Assembly: GCF_900232105.1 (NCBI RefSeq)
Contig: NZ_LT934425.1
Coordinates: 1,020,001-1,052,000 of the forward strand
Origin: Candidatus Kuenenia stuttgartensis
Lineage (GTDB): Bacteria; Planctomycetota; Brocadiia; Brocadiales; Brocadiaceae
Reading direction: 5' to 3'
Length of the DNA: 32,000 bases
Position numbers and translations under genes: made by a program. Positions within the stretch are counted from its first letter, which is position 1. Each line of letters begins with the position of its first letter. Under the pieces are notes generated by a model, which was not told the DNA's origin, made no database searches, and was given only the letters and a program-made list of their open reading frames with translations. Below, in pieces: positions 18,323 to 28,062 of the stretch.

Positions 18323-19069
18323 ATGAAAACATACGTAATGATACCAACTTATAACGAAAGAGAAAACATCGGGAAATTAATTCTGGAAATATTGCATCTG
18401 GAGATTCCTGATTTGCATGTTGTAGTGGTTGACGATAACTCTCCTGACGGCACCGCCGGCGAAGTGAAAAAATATGCAACGATGCATCCGGAGGTTGAAT
18501 TGCTCCTGAGAACAACAAATAGGGGGAGAGGTTCAGCGGGCGTTGCCGGCTTTCAATATACACTGGATCACGGGGCAGAGTGTGTAGTGGAAATGGACGC
18601 TGATTTTTCACACCATCCGAGATATATTCCTGATATGCTTAATGCCATACAGAACGCTGACCTGGTAATCGGGTCAAGGTTTGTGAGCGGAGGCAGGGAT
18701 GTAAACAGAGGGATTGTTCGCAGGCTGGTAACATTCCTCGCCGGAGTCTATGTCAGGATTTTACTGGGACTAAAAATAAACGATGTTTCTTCCGGTTATC
18801 GATGTTTCAGGAGAAAGGTCTTGGAGGATATTCAGTTGGATTCCATGATTTCGACAGGCCCTTCCATTGTATCTGAAGTATTCTACAAAGCTCATGTGAA
18901 AGGGTTTTCCATCAGGGAAATACCTATAGAATTTGAAGACCGAATCCACGGTGAAACAAAACTGAATTATAAAGTACTATTGAAAACATTGCTTATGGTT
19001 TTGAAATTCAAACGACTGCACAAAAAAGGGTTGTTGTTTAAGACTTCGGGGAAAAGCCTGGAAATATAG
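18323..19069 (+). CDS. GT2 polyprenol-phosphate mannosyltransferase (Dpm1/Ppm1-like)
   Basis: A 248-aa ORF. It contains IPTYNERENI, VVVDDNSPDGT and EMDADFSHHPRYIP (a DPM1-type DxD/SHHP block), with no TM region. Confidence 0.85.
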   Translation: MKTYVMIPTYNERENIGKLILEILHLEIPDLHVVVVDDNSPDGTAGEVKKYATMHPEVELLLRTTNRGRGSAGVAGFQYTLDHGAECVVEMDADFSHHPRYIPDMLNAIQNADLVIGSRFVSGGRDVNRGIVRRLVTFLAGVYVRILLGLKINDVSSGYRCFRRKVLEDIQLDSMISTGPSIVSEVFYKAHVKGFSIREIPIEFEDRIHGETKLNYKVLLKTLLMVLKFKRLHKKGLLFKTSGKSLEI

Positions 19070-19081
19070 AGACGTAATCGA

Positions 19082-20851
19082 TTATTTCCAGTAAGCATCC
19101 CAATTTTTATTTACCCGGTCAACAACCTCATCCGGCATGACAAGCGGTGAGGGGTAGCCTGTCTTCCATGTAGCGTCAATGCCCATTTTCCCCCTGAAAA
19201 CGGGGCTTATGCCCACCAGTTTTTCTTCCGTGAATACAATATCCCTTTCGGCGTCGAATCGGGTAAATATGCCCCAGATCGTTTGTTCAAGATTGCAGAT
19301 ATCGACGTCAGTGCTTACCGCAGCGATAATGGCAGGGCCTGTAATTCCCGTCGATTTTGTGAGATTACGCACCACCTCTCTTCCATTCTCCTTTACGGAA
19401 ACTACGAGAAGTGCCTCTCCCAGTAGATTCCAATGGATTATCCTGTTGTCAATATCTTTTAGCAGCGTTTCGAAATTTTGGGATGTTTTTCGGTCTACCT
19501 GTTTTTTTGCAGTGTCATCCCTTGTCGCATCGATAATCATTTTACTGCCAAGGTTCATTTTGTAACTGGTGAAATCAAGGGTATCCAGCGGAACCTTTGG
19601 AATCATGATAAAATCATACGCAGGGTCAAAATGTTCGTGGATTGCCCTGAGGACTGCATGAAAATCACGCGGGTTAACTTCTTCTGATACAGTTACAACA
19701 CACTTCGTCAGAGAGAGTTGTCCCTCGCCCATTATAGAGAGCGCTGTTTTCATTGCCTCTTTCCTGTAGCGTTCTTCAACGGACACTACCAGCAGATTAT
19801 GAAATCCCGCTTCGTAATATGCCCAGAGGTTTTTGATTTCAGGATGGATGAGGCGAATGAGGGGACCAAGCACTTGCTGCGTTGCGTTCCCCAGATATTT
19901 ATCTTCCATTGGCGGCCTGCCGACAACGGTTGCGGGATAAACAGGGTTTTTGCGGTGTGTAATGGCGCTAATATGAAAAACAGGAAATTCAGAAGCGTTT
20001 GAATAATGCCCGAAATGGTCACCAAAGGGGCCTTCCATCCTCAATTCAGTGAGATGGACAGTACCTTCCAGAATAAACTCGGCATCAGCGGGAACAGGTA
20101 TTGAAATAGTCTTTCCCTTTGCCATTCGTGTTCTTCTTCCGCGTAAAAAACCGCTGAACATTACCTCGTCAATTCCCTCCGGCAGGGCTGCAACCGTTGC
20201 CAGCAGGAGGGCGGGGTCAGTTCCCAATGCTACGGCGATTTCAAATGGTTTCCCTGATTTTTGGGATTGGAAATAATGAAAGCCACCGCCTTTTTGTATC
20301 TGCCAGTGCATGCCCGTTGTTTTCCCATCGAAAACCTGCATGCGATACATACCGACATTCCGTTTTCCGTTGCGGGGGTCGTAGGTGAAAACCTGTGGTA
20401 GCGTGATAAACGGGCCTCCATCCTCCGGCCAACAGGTGATTACGGGAAGTCCATTGAGGTCCGTTCCCTGAATTACCTCCTGCGATGTTGTCCAAAACGT
20501 TGTTTTGGGAAGGGTGCTGATGAGACGTTTTGTAATTCCAGGATGCTTAAAAAACACTTTCGGTTTAGGCGGCATTGCGTCTTCCATGAATGTGATGAGT
20601 TCTTCACCCAGTTGATCGGGATGTTTTCCCAATGCCAGTTCTATCCGTTTATCGCTTGCAAGTACGTTCATTGCAAGGGGAAACCGGGAATCTTTTATGT
20701 TTTCAAAGAGTAAGGCGGGAAGCCCTTGCTGCAGGGCACGAATAGAGATTTCGGCGGCTTCAAGTTTTGCATCTACCTCAGTTTTGATCCGTATCAGTTC
20801 ACCGTTTTTTTCTAAGTATTTAAGAAAGTCCTGTAACGAATATATTTTCAT
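19082..20851 (-). CDS. UbiD-family (prenylated-FMN dependent) decarboxylase, long 589-aa form; possibly quinone biosynthesis
   Basis: The N-terminus LQDFLKYLEKNGELIRIKTEVDAKLEAAEI is typical of the family. It also contains NVGMYRMQVFDGKTTGMHWQIQKGG, FILEGTV...EGPFGDHFGHY and a C-terminal extension. Confidence 0.85.
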   Translation of the reverse strand: MKIYSLQDFLKYLEKNGELIRIKTEVDAKLEAAEISIRALQQGLPALLFENIKDSRFPLAMNVLASDKRIELALGKHPDQLGEELITFMEDAMPPKPKVFFKHPGITKRLISTLPKTTFWTTSQEVIQGTDLNGLPVITCWPEDGGPFITLPQVFTYDPRNGKRNVGMYRMQVFDGKTTGMHWQIQKGGGFHYFQSQKSGKPFEIAVALGTDPALLLATVAALPEGIDEVMFSGFLRGRRTRMAKGKTISIPVPADAEFILEGTVHLTELRMEGPFGDHFGHYSNASEFPVFHISAITHRKNPVYPATVVGRPPMEDKYLGNATQQVLGPLIRLIHPEIKNLWAYYEAGFHNLLVVSVEERYRKEAMKTALSIMGEGQLSLTKCVVTVSEEVNPRDFHAVLRAIHEHFDPAYDFIMIPKVPLDTLDFTSYKMNLGSKMIIDATRDDTAKKQVDRKTSQNFETLLKDIDNRIIHWNLLGEALLVVSVKENGREVVRNLTKSTGITGPAIIAAVSTDVDICNLEQTIWGIFTRFDAERDIVFTEEKLVGISPVFRGKMGIDATWKTGYPSPLVMPDEVVDRVNKNWDAYWK

Positions 20852-20943
20852 GTATTAGTACCTTATCCGTAATTTATTTTGCACACTTCCATTCGTCAGC
20901 GCGTGCTTTCTGGCGAAATATTTAATGGTAAAATTCGATGCAC

Positions 20944-20976
20944 AACCCAGACAGGGTTCGGAACCCTGTCTGGGTT
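20944..20976 (-). terminator. 15-bp perfect stem-loop 60 nt after the flavodiiron gene stop
   Basis: aacccagacagggtt-cgg-aaccctgtctgggtt. It has the same core (agacagg.tt / aacc.tgtct) as the hairpin at 29836..29862. No strong U-tract follows. Confidence 0.5.
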
Positions 20977-21036
20977 TACCATGCGGGGATGGGTAAAAAG
21001 TCGTTGGGGCATTTGTCTTTTAAAACCCGGCCTGAT

Positions 21037-22212
21037 TTATCCTCTCTTTGCAATTTCCTGTTTTGTTTTTTCATAGATTTCCTGAAGTTGCGTTTCGTCG
21101 GGAATGTATTGGATTTTTATGCTTTCCAGCAAATCAAAACCACACTCCTTAAGTGCGTCTTCCACGTGGCTAACAGACTGCCCTCCCCATCCATAAGAAC
21201 CAAATGCCAGGCCAATCCTGTCTTTCGGCGAAAGCCCTTTTAAATAAGTGAGAAATGCCGACACGGTAGGAAGCAAATTACTGTTTAATGTAGGAGATCC
21301 CACACAAATAAATCTTGCGTCTAATACGTCCGTAACAACATCCGACAGGTGATTATAACGGAGATTAATCATCTTTGTACTAATACCGCCGTGATTGAAG
21401 GCGTTTTGTAAAGCATGTGCAATTTTTTCCGTGGATTTCCACATGGTATCATAAATAATAAGGCATTTATTCTTTGTCTGGTTGGCCGCCCATTTATTGT
21501 ACTCATCTATAATATTTTTTATATGTGAGCGCCATACAATTCCATGACCTGGAGCAATCATGTCAATCGGGATATGAGAAAGTTTTTCAATGGTTTTTTT
21601 CACTAGCATGGAATAGGGCAGGACGATATTCGCATAGTATTTTTTCGCCTCTTCAATAACGGCTCCAAGGTAAAGTTCATCATCAAATCTTTCATGAGAA
21701 GCGATATGCTGTCCAAAGGCGTCATTCGAGAAAAGGATTTTATCCTCAACCAGATAACTTGCCATGTTATCCGGCCAATGAACCATTGGGGTCAGAAAAA
21801 ACCTGAAGGTCCTTTTGCCAATATTGACTTCCTCATCCGTTTGCACCACCTTCATATTCCAGTCGTTCCCCTTATAATGCGCCAGCAGCCCTTTCTGTCC
21901 GTTAAGGGAGGTTACAATAGTGGCATTTTTTGCAATATCCATAATAAGCGGTAAACTGCCGGAATGGTCCATTTCGACGTGGTTTGCAATAACATACTGA
22001 ATACTTGCGGGATCAATAAGAGAGGAAAGGCGCTGCATCATTTTGTCGAAGAGATACGGCCTGACGCCATCAATTAATGTTATTTTTTCATCAATTACCA
22101 AATAGGAATTGTATGTAGACCCCCGGTTGGTTGAATAACCATGGAAATTTCTTAAATCCCAGTCAACTTCTCCAACCCAATAAATTCCTTCTTTTAGTGG
22201 TATCGGTTTCAT
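21037..22212 (-). CDS. Class-A flavodiiron protein (FprA / rubredoxin:oxygen or NO reductase type)
   Basis: It has an MBL-like diiron domain with the motif NHVEMDHSG (HxExDH) and a C-terminal flavodoxin domain (CLIIYDTMWKSTEKIAHAL...GSPTLN...AFGSYGWGG). The ATG at 22210..22212 (MKPIPLKEGIYWVG) is preferred to the longer track ORF (22287). Confidence 0.9.
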   Translation of the reverse strand: MKPIPLKEGIYWVGEVDWDLRNFHGYSTNRGSTYNSYLVIDEKITLIDGVRPYLFDKMMQRLSSLIDPASIQYVIANHVEMDHSGSLPLIMDIAKNATIVTSLNGQKGLLAHYKGNDWNMKVVQTDEEVNIGKRTFRFFLTPMVHWPDNMASYLVEDKILFSNDAFGQHIASHERFDDELYLGAVIEEAKKYYANIVLPYSMLVKKTIEKLSHIPIDMIAPGHGIVWRSHIKNIIDEYNKWAANQTKNKCLIIYDTMWKSTEKIAHALQNAFNHGGISTKMINLRYNHLSDVVTDVLDARFICVGSPTLNSNLLPTVSAFLTYLKGLSPKDRIGLAFGSYGWGGQSVSHVEDALKECGFDLLESIKIQYIPDETQLQEIYEKTKQEIAKRG

Positions 22213-23024
22213 GCGAATTCCTCCTAAACGGTTAAAGGTATAACGAATAATGTAAATCCCGGCTCCGGTCGGGTATGTGTGTTGCAATCATAGTAACAAT
22301 TCCGCCGGTTTGAAATGTATGCGGAGTACGATATAGTATAGCATTAGTCAATGAATAATTGTCATAAATATTGGCATACAAAATTCTCAAACCATAGTTC
22401 TAACTTGTTAACATTACAAATTGATTGTGATAGTCAAACAAATCCAGGTTTAGAAATTTAGCAGTAATTTAGTTTTTAAAAAGTAGGGGCGAATTACGAA
22501 AGCCGGGGCAGACACTCCGGTATTTTTGTAAAAATTACCAATATCTATGTAAATATTACGCGGTTTTGTATCCAGGGACCCAGCCTTGCGATATATGCGC
22601 AAAAGGTTTTTTAAGTTGTAACAACACATAATTAAACACATAAAGCATATATAATCTTCCTCTTGCATTTCTAAAAGCACATGGCATTCCTATTGCTATC
22701 TATTTTAAACAGTTACTTAAAAGCCGGGGGTTCCTGGCCATGCAGGGCAGGAGCGCCGTCTGCCGGAATTTCGGCGCCGGTAGGACGCCATATAATTTAT
22801 CTTGACATGCCCTGTGCTAAGACCCACAATAGATGAATTTGATATTCTCACATTAAATGCCCCCTTTTAAAGGCGGGGTAATGTTTACAACAAACAAAAA
22901 ATTCCAGATTCAAATAATGTGATATTTTGTACCAAATAAACTGAGACGTAGCCCTCCCTGCTCAACGAAAGCAATGTTAACCACATATCCCTTTCTTATG
23001 AAATGGGAAAGATAAGCAACGCCG

Positions 23025-24776
23025 ATGAGACCGGCAATTTATGAAGAAAAAAAGAACCCTTTCAGCATCTCTGCTCTACCGCCCATGGGAATAATCCAGT
23101 TGCGAGCCTTCATTAAAAAACACGACCTGTTTAGCATACTTACCGGTATAACTATTTTCCTTTTCTTCTTTGAACTAGGCGGTAGAAGTTTTGAGGTCAG
23201 GGACACCCGTAGGTTTGCGGAAATCGCACTGGAGATGCTACAAAGTGGAAACTGGCTTATACTTTACAAGCATGACGAAATTTATATGAATAAGCCACAC
23301 ATGTTCATGTGGCTGATTGCTCTTTTTTCTTCTATCGGACACCACGTTACTCCCCTTACTGCCCGCTTGCCCAGTGCTATTGCAGGCATTGCAAGCATTC
23401 TTGCAACATTCTGTTTTATCGGAAAATTTTCCAGCAAACGCACTGCTTTCATCGCTGGTGTAATCCTTGCCACTACCCAGAGATATTTCTGGTATGGACG
23501 AACTTCCTTACCCGACATGCTCTTCACTACTTTTATCATGCTTGCCCTATATTCTTTCTATCTTGGATACAAACAAAAGCCGGTTTTTTATATTGGCTTA
23601 CATTTTTTTACCTTCCTTGCAATCTTAACAAAAGGTCCGCTGGCTATTATTTTTATCTTCGGTACTATTGCGGTATTCCTCATCCTTCAAAGAAATTTAC
23701 GGGCTATGAAAGGAATGAAATGGCGATGGGGTATAATCCTCCTTCTGACAATGACCGGATTATATTTTGCATTTATACTAAAAGTAGGATTTGAACCATT
23801 TATCGCCACAATAAAAAGGGAATTCTTAACCCGGGTAAATAGCCCTATAAACCACGGAGAACCATTTTATTATTATTTAGTTACTCTTTGGACGGATTTC
23901 CTGCCATGGTCATTATTTATTCCGTTTGCCGTGATCTTTGCCTATAAAAAATGGCGGGAAGGAGACGATTTCATTACCTTTTCTTTCTGCTGGACGATAC
24001 TCATTTTTGTATTTCTCTGCACAGCGAAGGCAAAGCATACAAGATATATGCTCCCCCTCTACCCTGCGTTATCGATCATAATAGCAAGCCTCATTGCTAA
24101 TACATTGAAAAGGCCGGTTATGAACTTTTTGTGGCTACAGGTATCGGTGCGGTGGATTATTTTTGTAATGGCCGGAGCAGGAATAATTCTCCTTGTTGCT
24201 GTACCTGTCTATCTCGTTACGTATTCCTGGATTGGAATATTCACATCCCTTATCACACTCCTTGTCTTATCAGGGGTATTTCTCTCCCTCCGCCGAAAAA
24301 CCGGATTCGCCAATGCAAGTTTTACGATGTGTATGTTTGCAGCAATCATAGGATGGGGAATATACATTCATTGCCTTACGGTTCATTCGAAGGAAGTAAC
24401 TTTTGGTACAAAACTGACCGATGTAATAAAAAAAGAACTGGGAGACCTGAATGGCTGTGATATACGCGGGTATAAATTAGGTGAATCGTTATGGACTATT
24501 ATAAACCTAAGTTTGAACGCCAATATCTCCCTAATCAAAAATACTGATGAGTTAAAGACCTTTTTAAACACGTCAGAACACCTGCAGCCGGTCTGCATTA
24601 TTGAAAAAAATACTTTTCTTGACATAAAAAACAATTTGGCGGATACTACGTTACACACCGTGGATATTTGTACAAAAAAGCGTAAGGTAACGCTTATTTT
24701 CAGAAGAGAGCGCCAGACAAACCCGGCAGCACACCCGGCATGGCAAGACATCGAAGAAGAAGGGAATCATAGATGA
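23025..24776 (+). CDS. ArnT/PMT-like (GT39/GT83) polyprenyl-phosphate-sugar dependent membrane glycosyltransferase
   Basis: A 583-aa polytopic membrane protein with more than 10 hydrophobic helices. The first periplasmic loop carries RDTRRFAEIALEM...NKPHMFMW, which is typical of the ArnT/PMT family. It has a soluble C-terminal domain. Confidence 0.8.
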   Translation: MRPAIYEEKKNPFSISALPPMGIIQLRAFIKKHDLFSILTGITIFLFFFELGGRSFEVRDTRRFAEIALEMLQSGNWLILYKHDEIYMNKPHMFMWLIALFSSIGHHVTPLTARLPSAIAGIASILATFCFIGKFSSKRTAFIAGVILATTQRYFWYGRTSLPDMLFTTFIMLALYSFYLGYKQKPVFYIGLHFFTFLAILTKGPLAIIFIFGTIAVFLILQRNLRAMKGMKWRWGIILLLTMTGLYFAFILKVGFEPFIATIKREFLTRVNSPINHGEPFYYYLVTLWTDFLPWSLFIPFAVIFAYKKWREGDDFITFSFCWTILIFVFLCTAKAKHTRYMLPLYPALSIIIASLIANTLKRPVMNFLWLQVSVRWIIFVMAGAGIILLVAVPVYLVTYSWIGIFTSLITLLVLSGVFLSLRRKTGFANASFTMCMFAAIIGWGIYIHCLTVHSKEVTFGTKLTDVIKKELGDLNGCDIRGYKLGESLWTIINLSLNANISLIKNTDELKTFLNTSEHLQPVCIIEKNTFLDIKNNLADTTLHTVDICTKKRKVTLIFRRERQTNPAAHPAWQDIEEEGNHR

Positions 24777-25477
24777 AAAAACCTGATATCTCCATTGTTA
24801 TTCCATTATACAACGAGGCGGATAATATTGAACCTCTTGGACATGCCATCCTCCTTGCCATGCAGGGACAAAACTACGAGGTGATCTTTGTGAACGATGG
24901 CAGCACTGACGGTAGTGCAAAAAAACTAAAAGAATGGTGTGCGGTACATACAAACTTCCGCACCATTCATTTCAGGAGAAATGCGGGCCAAACGGCGGCC
25001 ATGGATGCCGGCTTTAAATCTGCTGCGGGAGAATATGTCGTTTCAATGGATGCCGACCTGCAAAATGATCCGGCGGACATTCCTGCATTGCTTGAAAAGT
25101 TAAACACATATGATATGGTATGCGGGTGGCGGCAAAAGAGAAATGATCCATGGATAAAGCGGATTTCCTCAACGGTGGCAAATTTCATCAGAAACAAACT
25201 TTCATGGGAAGATATTAAAGATACAGGATGTTCCCTTAAAGCATACAGGAAGGAATGTCTGAATCGCATCAAATTGTTTAACGGCATGCATCGGTTTCTG
25301 CCTACCCTGTTTAAGATGGAAGGATTCACCGTCATAGAAGTAGTGGTAAAACACTACCCAAGGAAATTCGGGAAATCGAAATATGGGATATCAAACAGGG
25401 CCTTTCGGGCATTTATTGACCTGTTAGTTATACGATGGATGAAAAAGCGGACGCTTCATTATGAGGTGGAAGAATGA
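24773..25477 (+). CDS. GT2 polyprenyl-phosphate glycosyltransferase (ArnC/GtrB-like)
   Basis: It contains ISIVIPLYNEADNI, FVNDGSTDGS and SMDADLQNDPADIPALLEKL. The ATGA start/stop overlap with the upstream gene is at 24773..24776. Confidence 0.9.
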   Translation: MKKPDISIVIPLYNEADNIEPLGHAILLAMQGQNYEVIFVNDGSTDGSAKKLKEWCAVHTNFRTIHFRRNAGQTAAMDAGFKSAAGEYVVSMDADLQNDPADIPALLEKLNTYDMVCGWRQKRNDPWIKRISSTVANFIRNKLSWEDIKDTGCSLKAYRKECLNRIKLFNGMHRFLPTLFKMEGFTVIEVVVKHYPRKFGKSKYGISNRAFRAFIDLLVIRWMKKRTLHYEVEE

Positions 25478-25800
25478 CGCTCCTTACAACTCACATAAAT
25501 ACATGGGTTGTCATAGGTTTTACCGGCCAGCTTCTTTTTGGATCGAGGTTCTTTGTCCAGTGGATTATTTCTGAAAAGCGCGGCGAGAGCATTATTCCCG
25601 AGATATTCTGGTATCTGAGTATGGGCGGAAGCGCTATGTTGCTCATGTACGCTATCTACCGTCATGACCCCGTATTTATTCTGGGACAATCCACCGGGCT
25701 TATTATTTACATACGCAACATCATGCTGATTTACAAAAAGAGAAAAATAGTGAAAATAGCGGCTGGAGACCAGCGTGAGAAACATCCGGCAAATCCTTAA
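25474..25800 (+). CDS. Small membrane protein with a lipid-A-biosynthesis N-terminal (LAB_N) domain
   Basis: A 108-aa ORF with 3 TM helices. It contains FGSRFFVQWIISEKRGESIIPEIFWYLSMGGSAMLLMYAIYRHDPVFILGQ, the LAB_N pattern. The ATGA overlap with the GT2 gene is at 25474..25477. Confidence 0.8.
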   Translation: MTLLTTHINTWVVIGFTGQLLFGSRFFVQWIISEKRGESIIPEIFWYLSMGGSAMLLMYAIYRHDPVFILGQSTGLIIYIRNIMLIYKKRKIVKIAAGDQREKHPANP

Positions 25801-25862
25801 CGCAGCAAAGCCACAACCAAAATGCAGGTAACATTTACAAATGTAGAGATGCATCAGTCCCC

Positions 25863-25918
25863 CAATCCTCAATCCTCAATCCTCAGTCCTCAGTCGGCAA
25901 TTTGCAATTTGCCGACTG
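25863..25918 (+). repeat. Heptamer-phased element (family 1), 63 nt after the LAB_N gene stop
   Basis: Eight in-phase heptamers: caatcct caatcct caatcct cagtcct cagtcgg caatttg caatttg ccgactg. A hairpin pairs cagtcggc with gccgactg (8 bp, 12-nt loop). Confidence 0.8.
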
Positions 25919-26032
25919 AAGAAGTGTCACTTAAATATTTTGCCAAAAAATGAGCGGCATAAATTTTGTTTGACTATAAATAGTATCTATTCAGCGTAAC
26001 ACACCAAATATTATATCTTCATTTTTGATATC

Positions 26033-26154
26033 GAATTTTATTGTACCACAAACAGCATACCCCTAACGGGGCCACATTGTTTTTTATGTCCACCCGGATT
26101 TTTCAAAAAACTAAGGCGCTACAAAGAGTTACAAACTTTTACGATTTGGTCACT
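26033..26154 (+). repeat. Copy A of a ~115-120-bp repeat carrying a cccctaacggggc hairpin (REP-like)
   Basis: gaattttattgtaccacaaacagcatacccctaacggggccacattgttttttatgtccacccggatttttcaaaaaactaa... aligns by eye with 29953..30067 in the same orientation, at roughly 70 percent identity. Confidence 0.6.
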
Positions 26155-26209
26155 TTAGAAAATCAGGGAAAACATTTCCCCACAACAGGAAAATTTCTTT
26201 TACTTAAAG

Positions 26210-28062
26210 CGGATGTTCACCCCTGCCAAAACGCATAAGTGCTTAATACATAGTTTGTTAAGGCTGTATTTTTAATAAATATGTAGTCACTAATATATTG
26301 TTATTATACGACAATATACTTGACGGATAATGGTTGTTATCTGTACAATGGTGGACATGCATATTGTAGAGAACAAGTCAAAATCCGGTAAAAAAATCTA
26401 TCGATCTACCCTTCTGCGGGAATCGTACCGTGAGGATGGGAAGGTCAAGAAACGCACCATTGCGAATCTGTCGAATTGCACTCCCCTGGAGATTGAAGCG
26501 ATAAGACTTGCACTCGCACATAAAGACGATCTCTGTGCATTGGGCGCATTGTCAGAATCGGTGAAACTCCATGAGGGTTTGTCTGTGGGAGCAGCGTGGA
26601 GCGTGTACCAAGTGGCAAAGGAATTAGGGATAGAAGAGGCATTGGGAAAGGACTTTGAAGGAAAGCTGGCGCTTTGGCAAGTAATGGCAAGGGTAATAGG
26701 CCAGGGGTCAAGACTGTCTGCAGTAAGGCTGGCGCAGATACATGCTGCGGGTGACGTCCTGGATATGAAGCGTGGGTTTGACGAGAACAATCTGTACGAT
26801 AATTTGTCATGGTTGTCAGAGAATCAGGCAAAGATAGAGCGAAAGCTGTTTGAGTTAAGACGAGGAGGCAATAAGCCGAAGTTGTTTTTGTATGACGTGA
26901 CGAGCAGTTATTTAGAGGGGAAGTCGAATCATTTTGGTGAGTACGGGTATAATCGTGACGGCAAAAAGAGGAAAAAACAGATAGTGATCGGTATGCTTTG
27001 TGATGAATCCGGGGAGCCGGTATCAACAGAAGTATTTAGGGGCAACACCCAGGATCCGAAGACCTTTGAATCTCAGGTAAAGAAGGTATTAGAGCGGTTT
27101 GGATGCAAAGATGTAACGATTGTAGGAGATCGTGGGATGATCAAGACGGTGCAAATCGAAAGTTTACCGGAAGGGTTTCATTACATAACGGCGATAACCA
27201 AGCCGCAGATAGAGTCGTTGATAAATAAAGGGATACTGCAATTAGGATTGTTCGAAGAAAAGCTCTGCGAGATAAAGGATGATGAGGTTCGATATATTCT
27301 GAGGCGCAATCCGGTAAGGGCGGAAGAGATGTCAAAGACCCGTGTATCAAAATTACAGAGTATAGAGAAATACATCGCGAAGAAGAACAGTTATCTGAAG
27401 GAACATCCTAAGTCGTCAGTATCGAAGGCACTGGAAACAACAAGGGAAAGGCTAACGAGATTGAAACTTGATGGGTGGGTGCAGATAAAAGAAGAGGATA
27501 GGACGCTAAAGATAGAGAGAGATGAGGAAGCATTAAAGGAGGCATCATACCTTGATGGTTGTTACGCAATCAAGACTGATCTTGAGGAGAACGAGGCGGA
27601 TACCAATCTGGTACATGAACGATACAAGGATTTAACGGAAGTGGAGAAGGCGTTTCGGGACTGTAAGACGGTGAATTTGGAGGTTCGTCCGGTGTATGTA
27701 AGAAAGGAGGATAGTACACGGGGACATGTGTTTGTGGTAATGCTTGCGTACATGATAATTCGAAGGCTGCGCAGAGCGTGGAAGAATTTTGACTTGACGG
27801 TAGAGGAAGGTCTCGCACAATTGACGACCATTTGTTCGATGGAAGTAACAATCAAAGGCCAAAAAGCTAGTTGCCAGAAGATCCCGCGTCCGCGGCAACA
27901 ATCACATGAATTATTAGAGGCATTACAGATAAAGTTGCCAGAAGTATTGCCAAGCCGGAACATACGGGTAGTCACTAGAAAAAAGCTTGCTGTTCGGCGT
28001 AAAAGTCAATAAATATAAGGCTTTTACGGCACTTTTGTTTTTTGACTTGGGGTGAACATCCG
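26210..28062 (+). mobile_element. Complete IS1634-family (IS4-like DDE) insertion sequence, 1853 bp, with 14-bp perfect terminal inverted repeats and a 6-bp target-site duplication
   Basis: IRL is cggatgttcacccc (26210..26223). IRR is ggggtgaacatccg (28049..28062). The flanking direct repeat TTAAAG lies at 26204..26209 and 28063..28068. A single transposase ORF fills the element. Confidence 0.85.
26330..28012 (+). CDS. IS1634-family transposase
   Basis: A 560-aa intact ORF. The start is more likely the ATG at 26357, giving MHIVENKSKSGKKIYRSTLLRESYREDGKVKKRTIANLS, the characteristic IS1634 N-terminus. DDE region features include LFLYDVTSSYLEG, VGDRGM and YLDGCYAIKTD...YKDLTEVEKAFR. Confidence 0.85.
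   Translation: MVVICTMVDMHIVENKSKSGKKIYRSTLLRESYREDGKVKKRTIANLSNCTPLEIEAIRLALAHKDDLCALGALSESVKLHEGLSVGAAWSVYQVAKELGIEEALGKDFEGKLALWQVMARVIGQGSRLSAVRLAQIHAAGDVLDMKRGFDENNLYDNLSWLSENQAKIERKLFELRRGGNKPKLFLYDVTSSYLEGKSNHFGEYGYNRDGKKRKKQIVIGMLCDESGEPVSTEVFRGNTQDPKTFESQVKKVLERFGCKDVTIVGDRGMIKTVQIESLPEGFHYITAITKPQIESLINKGILQLGLFEEKLCEIKDDEVRYILRRNPVRAEEMSKTRVSKLQSIEKYIAKKNSYLKEHPKSSVSKALETTRERLTRLKLDGWVQIKEEDRTLKIERDEEALKEASYLDGCYAIKTDLEENEADTNLVHERYKDLTEVEKAFRDCKTVNLEVRPVYVRKEDSTRGHVFVVMLAYMIIRRLRRAWKNFDLTVEEGLAQLTTICSMEVTIKGQKASCQKIPRPRQQSHELLEALQIKLPEVLPSRNIRVVTRKKLAVRRKSQ

Noticed and set aside
22450-22680. 76-aa minus-strand ORF in the spacer upstream of the ArnT-like gene.
   Set aside because: It has a Cys/Leu/Ile/Asn-rich low-complexity composition typical of AT-rich non-coding DNA, no RBS and no recognisable motif.
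22288-23024. RNase P, SRP or other known ncRNA in the 740-bp spacer, prompted by the minus-strand ccaggaacccccggctttt, which faintly resembles the RNase P ACAGAACCCGGCTTA box.
   Set aside because: The other universal RNase P blocks (GAGGAAAGTCCGGGC, GGTAAG.GC) are absent on either strand, and no SRP GGAA/AGCA motif is present. Only the GC-rich patch is retained, as a low-interest finding.
25459-25872. 137-aa minus-strand ORF overlapping the LAB_N gene and the heptamer array.
   Set aside because: It is antisense to a gene with a clear LAB_N pattern and operon coupling. Its N-terminal part is a translation of the repeat array.
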